This document shows, in pieces, positions 16,639 through 22,016 of a stretch of 25,064 bases of DNA. Source of the stretch: Candidatus Eiseniibacteriota bacterium (lineage in GTDB: Bacteria > Eisenbacteria > RBG-16-71-46); the NCBI GenBank assembly GCA_005893185.1, contig VBOS01000149.1, positions 1 to 25,064 on the forward strand. The letters are read 5' to 3'. Positions within the stretch are counted from its first letter, which is position 1; each line of letters begins with the position of its first letter. Both the position numbers and the translations under genes were made by a program. The notes below the pieces were generated by a model that worked only from the letters and a program-made list of their open reading frames with translations, was not told where the DNA came from and ran no database searches.

Positions 16639-18050
16639 CACACGATCCGGAAGTGGTCGACCAGGGTGCAGCGCCGGATGCGCGTGAAGCTGCGCGCGGT
16701 GGTCATGCCTTCGCCCGTGGGGCTCGCGATCGTGAAGCTGGTCGGCCCCTCGCCCCCGAATCCCAGGCCCGCGAAGTTGGGCCCATTCTTGACGAAGATC
16801 GAGCAGTCGCAGGCCCGCGCCATCTTCGAGAGCTTGTCGATGTTGCGCGAGTGCATCGAGGCGGTGTGGCGGTAGCCGTGCTCGACCGCGATCGCGAAGT
16901 CGATCGCCTCGTCGCATGTGCGCACCCGCGTGATCGGGTAGACCGGCATCATCATCTCGGTCCACAGGAACGGGTGGTCGTTGTCCACCTCACAGACCGC
17001 GAGCCGTCGCGAAGGATCGCACGGGATCCCGGCCTCGCCGAGGATCTCGTGCACGTTCTTCCCCACGTACTTGCGATTGATCACCGCGTACTTGCGCGGA
17101 CCCTGCTCCTTCTCGAGCAGCATGCCGCGCAGCTTCTCGGTCTGGTGCGGCTGGAGCATCACTGCGCCCGCGCGCGCGAACGCCTCCTTCAGCCGGTCGG
17201 CCACGATCGAGACCACGATCGCTTCCTTCTCGTCGGTGCAGATCACGTTGTTGTCGAACGATGCGCCTGCGATCAAGTCGCGCGCCGCCCGGTCGAGATC
17301 CGCGGTCTCGTCCACCACCGACGGGGGATTGCCGGGCCCGGCCGTAATCGCCTTCTTCCCCGCGTTCAGGGCCTCGCGCACCACCGCCGGCCCGCCGGTC
17401 ACAACGTTCAAGCGGATGCCCTTGTACTTGAGCAGCGCCTGGGCGATCTCGAGCGTCGGCTGCTCCACCGAGTGCAGCAGCGGGAGCTGCGAGCCCGCGC
17501 GCCGGGCCGCGCGGTTGATGAGGTCCACCGCCAGGTTCGAGACCTTGCGCGCGTTGGGGTGCGGGCAGAAGACCGCGGTGTTGCCGCCCGTGATCATCGA
17601 GAGCCCGTTGTTGATCACGGTCTCGCTGGGGTTGGTGACCGGCGTGATCACCGCGATCACGCCGTAGGGCGCGCGCTCCATCAGCGTGAGCCCGTGGTCG
17701 CCCGTCCAGGTGAACGGCTCGAGGTCCTCGGTGCCCGGCGTCTTCTCGGTGACCAGCTTGTTCTTGAGGATCTTGTCCTCGACCCGCCCCAGACCGGTCT
17801 CGGCGACCGCCAGCTCCGAGAGCGTCTTGTAGTTGGCAGCCAGGGTTTCGCGCGCGGCAGCGAGGATGCGCTTGCGGGTCTCGAGCGGGGTGCGCTCATA
17901 GGCCTCGAATGCCGCGCGGGCGGACTTGACCGCAGTTTCGAGGTCGGGGTGGATGCCGAGCAGCGGCTCGGCCCCCGGCTTGCCCACGGGCCTGCCGTTC
18001 TCGAGCCGCTCGAGCACGTCGGCCACGATGGCTTCGATGCGCCGCTCCGT
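16638..18050 (-). CDS. BMC-associated CoA-acylating aldehyde dehydrogenase (EutE/PduP family), true start codon apparently missing
   Basis: GLTLMERAPYGVIAVITPVTNPSET, NVVTGGPAVV, AGPGNPP.VVDETAD, catalytic SFDNNVICTDEKE, TEMMMP and GFGGEG..SFTIA.PTGEG. In-frame sequence upstream of GTG 18026 reads TERRIEAIVADVLERL, an encapsulation-peptide-like helix. Confidence 0.92.
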   Translation of the reverse strand, partial: TERRIEAIVADVLERLENGRPVGKPGAEPLLGIHPDLETAVKSARAAFEAYERTPLETRKRILAAARETLAANYKTLSELAVAETGLGRVEDKILKNKLVTEKTPGTEDLEPFTWTGDHGLTLMERAPYGVIAVITPVTNPSETVINNGLSMITGGNTAVFCPHPNARKVSNLAVDLINRAARRAGSQLPLLHSVEQPTLEIAQALLKYKGIRLNVVTGGPAVVREALNAGKKAITAGPGNPPSVVDETADLDRAARDLIAGASFDNNVICTDEKEAIVVSIVADRLKEAFARAGAVMLQPHQTEKLRGMLLEKEQGPRKYAVINRKYVGKNVHEILGEAGIPCDPSRRLAVCEVDNDHPFLWTEMMMPVYPITRVRTCDEAIDFAIAVEHGYRHTASMHSRNIDKLSKMARACDCSIFVKNGPNFAGLGFGGEGPTSFTIASPTGEGMTTARSFTRIRRCTLVDHFRIV

Positions 18051-18321
18051 CCTTGCCGCCGATCTCGACCGCGTCCACGATGCCGCAGATCACGGCGTCC
18101 ACCGGCTTCTCGCGGGACATTTCCGTCATGCGCGCCGAAGAGCCTTGCGCCACCAGCACCAGCTCGCCGGTCCCGGCGCCGACCGCGTCCGCCGCCACCA
18201 CGTGGTTCCCGGTGGGCTTGAAGTTCCCGTCCACCTCGCGCACCAGCAGCAGCTTGAGCGAGAGCAGGTGCGAGTCCTTCCGGGTCGAGACCACCGTCCC
18301 CAGCACTTCCGCCAGGATCAC
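17896..18321 (-). CDS. BMC-P shell vertex pentamer (EutN/CcmL family) #1, stop apparently lost at about 18051 with read-through
   Basis: MILAEVLGTVVSTRKD..L...KLLLV...VAADAVGAGTGELVLVAQGSSAR...PVDAVICGIVD.VE. The domain ends at IGGK (about 18052), and the remainder is an Arg-rich out-of-frame overlap with the dehydrogenase. Confidence 0.9.
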   Translation of the reverse strand: MILAEVLGTVVSTRKDSHLLSLKLLLVREVDGNFKPTGNHVVAADAVGAGTGELVLVAQGSSARMTEMSREKPVDAVICGIVDAVEIGGKDGAAHRSHRGRRARAARERQARGQAGGRAAARHPPRPRNCGQVRPRGIRGL

Positions 18322-18329
18322 GGCCGCTC

Positions 18330-18629
18330 CTACTTCTTCGCCGCCGCTCCGGTCGCGCGGATCGGGAGCACGTCTTCCAGCATCGGGTGCGGCCGCGGAA
18401 TGACGTGGACCGAGACCACCTCGCCGACCTTGGCAGCTGCAGCTGCGCCCGCTTCAGTGGCTGCGCGCACCGCCGCCACGTCGCCGCGCACGATGGTGGT
18501 GACGTAGCCGCCGCCGATCTTCTCGTAGTGCACGAGCTGGACTCGCGCGGCCTTCACCATCGCGTCCGAGGCCTCGACCATCGCCACCCAGCCGCGTGTC
18601 TCGATCAGTCCCAGGGCTTCTTCGTTCAT
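18330..18629 (-). CDS. BMC-H shell hexamer, canonical EutM/PduA-like (99 aa)
   Basis: [25 protein letters not shown]...[22 protein letters not shown]......[20 protein letters not shown]. Confidence 0.96.
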   Translation of the reverse strand: MNEEALGLIETRGWVAMVEASDAMVKAARVQLVHYEKIGGGYVTTIVRGDVAAVRAATEAGAAAAAKVGEVVSVHVIPRPHPMLEDVLPIRATGAAAKK

Positions 18630-18651
18630 GCCTTGCTCCTTGCCGAGAGGA

Positions 18652-18954
18652 TCAGTACATGCGGGGCGTCCGGAACACGCCCGGCCCCGCGAGAGAGTCT
18701 TCCATCTGGCTGTCCGGCGCAGGGATCACGTGCTTCGCCAGCAGCTCCCCCACGCGCGCAGCTGCGCTCGCACCGTGCTCGACCGCCGCCTCGACCTCGG
18801 CGACGTCGCCGCGCACAGCGACCGTGACCAGCGCCGCCGCCGTCACCTCGTAGCGGATCAGGCGCACCTGCGCGGTCTTGCACATCGCGTCGGCGGCCTC
18901 GATCGCCCCGACCAGTCCGCGCGTCTCCACGAGCCCCAGGGCTTGCTTGGCCAG
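18652..18954 (-). CDS. BMC-H shell hexamer, divergent (probable CTG start at 18954; alternative GTG 18993)
   Basis: [27 protein letters not shown]...[17 protein letters not shown]....[25 protein letters not shown] (18961-18967) lies 6 nt before CTG, giving (M)[12 protein letters not shown]. Confidence 0.92.
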   Translation of the reverse strand: MAKQALGLVETRGLVGAIEAADAMCKTAQVRLIRYEVTAAALVTVAVRGDVAEVEAAVEHGASAAARVGELLAKHVIPAPDSQMEDSLAGPGVFRTPRMY

Positions 18955-19017
18955 CGCCTGCTCCCCCGATGAGGACGAACTCCATGCGGCCACGGCAGCT
19001 ACCGGGGCGCGCGCCGC

Positions 19018-19046
19018 ACGCTATCAGGGATGGGGGGAGGGGTCAA
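19018..19046 (-). promoter_or_regulatory. Sigma70-type promoter of the BMC operon
   Basis: Minus strand TTGACC (19046-19041), exactly 17 nt, then TAGCGT (19023-19018), with an extended -10 TGn immediately upstream. Predicted TSS near 19011. Confidence 0.65.
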
Positions 19047-19216
19047 CGCGCATCTGCGTGTGAATTGGGAGTTTCGCAACGTCTGTCGGGTCGCGGCCGT
19101 GTGGAATATCGCGAGCGAGGTGCCGATGACCGGGGCTTGGAGGGTGGGCCCGGCCGTTCGTAGGCTGGGTTCAGCCGAGCAAAGCGAGGGGGAGCGATGC
19201 AGAGCGGAAGGATTGC

Positions 19217-20225
19217 ATGAAGCTGCCGCGAATCCTGCCACTCGTTCTCCTTGCTCCGCTGAGCTTCGCCTCTCCCCCTGCGGCAGACCCGGCCGCGGCG
19301 GATTGCGACCGGGTGCTCTGCTATTTCGCCTGCACACTGAGCAAGGTAGAGTGGCGCATTTACGATCCGGCTCGCGGGACCGACAAGACGTTCCTCACGC
19401 ACGCGCAGCCCGATGTCGTCCGCTGGGATTCCTCGATGACCCGGGTGGAGTACCGGATCGGCCGCGAGGTCTTCGAGGTGGATTGGAAGCTCGGGGCGAA
19501 GCCGCGTCACGCCGTTCGCCTGCCGGAGGTCCGGGGGATGGAGGATTGGTGGTTCAATCCCGACAGCTCGTCCTGGCAGCTCTGGACCATGGCCCCGCTG
19601 CCGGGGGGACCGGACCGGCCCGAGTACAAAGACTGCCGCGACGAGCTCTGGCAGTCATCTCGCAACGGGACAGACTGGCATCTCGTCGTCGCGGACACGG
19701 AAGATTGCCGGGGCTGGTACGAGGGTGATTTTCGCCCCAGCTTCGAATCGGACCCGCGCGGGGGATCGAGAATGCGACGCGCGCCGGCCGTGACGCCGGG
19801 CAGCCTGACGCAAGACCTGTCACCCCAGTCGGACGGCGCCGAAACGGGTCGAGTCGCCTCCAGATTGCGAATTCTCTTTCTACTTCGTCCCCTCGCGCAC
19901 GGTTTCGCAGCGTGGAACCATGTTCCGGTACTGCGATTGTCCACCCGAATCGCCCCGAACCCTCCACCCGGTCTACCTGGCCGACCGGGAGCATGGGACG
20001 CGCACTCTGCTCTGTGGGCCGGAATCCTGCCCCGAAGAGATATCGGGGAACAGCATCAGCGAGGAGTGCGGCCTGTTGCTTATCGCCTGCAGCATCGACA
20101 CGACACGCCTCGTCGATATCCGGACGGGGAGAGACGTGAAGCTAGTGGGCAACTCGACCGGACTTCGGCACGGGGGACTCGTGATGGGGATCGACGCGTT
20201 CTGGGGGCCGCCCCTGAAACGATAG
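19217..20225 (+). pseudogene. Secreted Cys/Trp-rich hypothetical protein, probable frameshift near 19847
   Basis: Signal-peptide-like MKLPRILPLVLLAPLSFAS and SD AAGGA. Protein-like sequence continues after ...SPQSDGAET in the 19920..20225 frame (VESPPDCEFSFYFVPSRTV...GLLLIACSIDTTRLVDIRTGRDVKLV). Removing one G from GGG at 19846-19848 would join the frames. Confidence 0.55.
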
Positions 20226-20256
20226 GCGGGCACTAGAGGCCGGTCCGCTCCAGGAG

Positions 20257-20367
20257 AAAATCATGGGCCCCGGCCGCGATGCGTGTTGTCGTGCAGGGGT
20301 GCGTTTGCACTGCGGGCTCGGGGCCCCAAAAAAGTTCCCCACCATGACCGTGCGCCGGTCCGTAAGA
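20257..20367. repeat. Structured direct repeat, copy 1 (111 bp)
   Basis: Matches 24942..25053 with three differences (GGGG vs GGGGG, T/C at 20311, C/T at 20343). Contains nested inverted repeats and an A6 tract. Confidence 0.95.
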
Positions 20368-20388
20368 TCTCACCTCCATTCGACCCCC

Positions 20389-21702
20389 TCAGCTGCGCAG
20401 GGGCGCCGCCACTTTGCGGTGGGATGGCGCCAGAAGCGAGAGCGCGTAGCGCACCCGTTCCTCGAGTGAGGCCTCCGGCATGCTCTCGCACGCCTCGGCT
20501 GCCCGGCGAGCATCCGCCAGCCGGACGCCCAGCTTCCGCAGCCAGGGGATCACGTCCCGATCGTCCGTCTCTCCGAGCGCCCGTGCACCAACATGCCCCG
20601 GGGCATGCTGGGTCTCCTGCATCCGCCCGCGAGCCGCCGACCCTTGCGCGCCGTGTCCAGGATGCCCCGGGGCATGTTGCTCCTCGGCTCGCCGGGTCCG
20701 TGCCTCCTGCCGTTTGTGGTTCATGAACGTCGTTCCGAAGGCGCACGCGGCGGCGTACTGATTGTGGGCGCGGCACAGCAGCCGGAGGTTCGCCACCGTC
20801 GCCTGACCCCCGCACGCCACCGGATCCTCGTGGTCATACCCGAGCTTCCACGTCGCCGTGCAGCGCTTCCCAGCGTCGCTGACGAACGTGCACCGGCCCT
20901 GATCGCGCTCGCACACGGCGCGCTTGACCGCCGCCGGGATGTGGCGGGCGGAGGCTCCGCGCCGTGAACCCGACCGTGGCCGGGCCGTGGCCGCGAACTT
21001 CTGCTTCTCCTGCTTCTCGATGAACGCATCGACGCACCATTCGATCAGGGTGGCCAGGACTCCCGAGGGAAGCTGGTGGCTCGCCAGGGTCCGGGCGTAG
21101 CGGATCTTCTCCTCGACCCGCCGGGGAAAGCTGCACTGGAGGGCGGAGCGCTCCGCCGACAACGGCAAGATCCTGGCCTGGCCGCCGGGGGACTCCACAT
21201 GCCCCGGGGCATGCCGGGCCGCGTAATCACCCACGGGATCCGGAGCCTGCTCCCCGGTCGGCGCCGAGGTGTCTCCCAGTCGCGCAGGCAGGTCGGGCTT
21301 GGGGAACCGCTCGGCCAGCAGATGAAGGATTTCATCGCGGGTTTTGTGGGTGGCGGCCTCCAGCAGCTCGTCGGCGTTTTCGGGAGTCAATCGGGGCGCC
21401 AGGGTCACGACGCCCGAGAGGTGCAAGCGTCCCTCGGCCACCGCCGCGAAGATCGCGGGAAACTGGCGCGCCGCACGGGCGGCGTAGACCCGTTTGGAGG
21501 CTGCGTCTTCAGAGAAACGGAGCTCGCGGATGCAGTACTCCTTCATGCACGGATAGGCCGCCGGCAGGTAGAGCCTGCGCTCGTCGAACTCGGCGATATG
21601 AGCGAGGACATCGGCATCGGAGGCGCGTCCCCGCGCGACGACTGTCTTCAGGCTGCAATTCAACTCGCCGTCGCCGAGGTGGGTGAGCGAGTAGCGGTTC
21701 AT
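20389..21702 (-). CDS. HNH endonuclease with DUF222-like N-terminal helical region (multi-copy mobile-type family)
   Basis: Start ATG 21702 with SD GGAG. N-terminal LAHIAEFDERRLY...YC..EL.FSEDAA.KR..AAR.ARQFP.IF.A...GRLHLS. C-terminal RHIPAAVKRAV.ERDQGRCTF...RC......YDH..P...GG...VANLRLLCRAHNQY, with CxxC-like Zn ligands and an apparently intact HNH core. Confidence 0.9.
   Translation of the reverse strand: MNRYSLTHLGDGELNCSLKTVVARGRASDADVLAHIAEFDERRLYLPAAYPCMKEYCIRELRFSEDAASKRVYAARAARQFPAIFAAVAEGRLHLSGVVTLAPRLTPENADELLEAATHKTRDEILHLLAERFPKPDLPARLGDTSAPTGEQAPDPVGDYAARHAPGHVESPGGQARILPLSAERSALQCSFPRRVEEKIRYARTLASHQLPSGVLATLIEWCVDAFIEKQEKQKFAATARPRSGSRRGASARHIPAAVKRAVCERDQGRCTFVSDAGKRCTATWKLGYDHEDPVACGGQATVANLRLLCRAHNQYAAACAFGTTFMNHKRQEARTRRAEEQHAPGHPGHGAQGSAARGRMQETQHAPGHVGARALGETDDRDVIPWLRKLGVRLADARRAAEACESMPEASLEERVRYALSLLAPSHRKVAAPLRS
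20592..20607. repeat. Perfect 16-bp palindrome CATGCCCCGGGGCATG inside the HNH gene (copy A)
   Basis: Read directly from the sequence. Encodes HAPGH. Confidence 0.9.
20662..20675. repeat. 14-bp palindrome ATGCCCCGGGGCAT inside the HNH gene (copy B)
   Basis: Read directly from the sequence. Encodes HAPGH. Confidence 0.9.
21198..21213. repeat. Perfect 16-bp palindrome CATGCCCCGGGGCATG inside the HNH gene (copy C)
   Basis: Read directly from the sequence. Encodes HAPGH. Confidence 0.9.
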
Positions 21703-22016
21703 GACCCGAACTCCAGCGGGGGCTGGTCTGATCACGGGGCCGCGGGGGCGACGCTTCCTTGTATCACGAGGGTCCGCGGCGCTCTCAGGGCCGCGGAGAG
21801 CTCACGAAACGCTGCGGCGCGAGATTTTTCCTGGGACGCAACAGTTCAAGCGGTCCGCACGCGGCCGAGGCGCTCTGATGCCCGCCGACAGGAGCCTCAG
21901 CGAGGAAGGGCGAGGCGTATGCCTCAGGCTGTCAAGAGGGATTTTATCGATGGCGCCAGATTCTCGACGCACGCTGACCGCGAGGATCCCAGGTGGGGCT
22001 CAAGCAGCTCGATCCG

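Noticed and set aside
16473-18221. 582-aa plus-strand ORF opposite the aldehyde dehydrogenase
   Set aside because: Antisense shadow of a high-GC3 gene, with no SD or recognisable domain.
19150-19200. GTTCGTAGGCTGGGTTCAGCCGAGCAAAGCGAG, reminiscent of a GTAG-type REP or an integron attC end
   Set aside because: No complementary second arm, no RYYYAAC partner, no second copy, and no integrase or RAYT gene in the window.
20263-20469. 68-aa ORF starting inside repeat copy 1 with an AGGAGA SD, and the mirror minus-strand ORFs starting MVGNFFGAP/MGNFFGAP
   Set aside because: The 1-nt indel between the repeat copies breaks frame conservation and the peptides look non-protein-like. They are better explained as by-products of the repeat.
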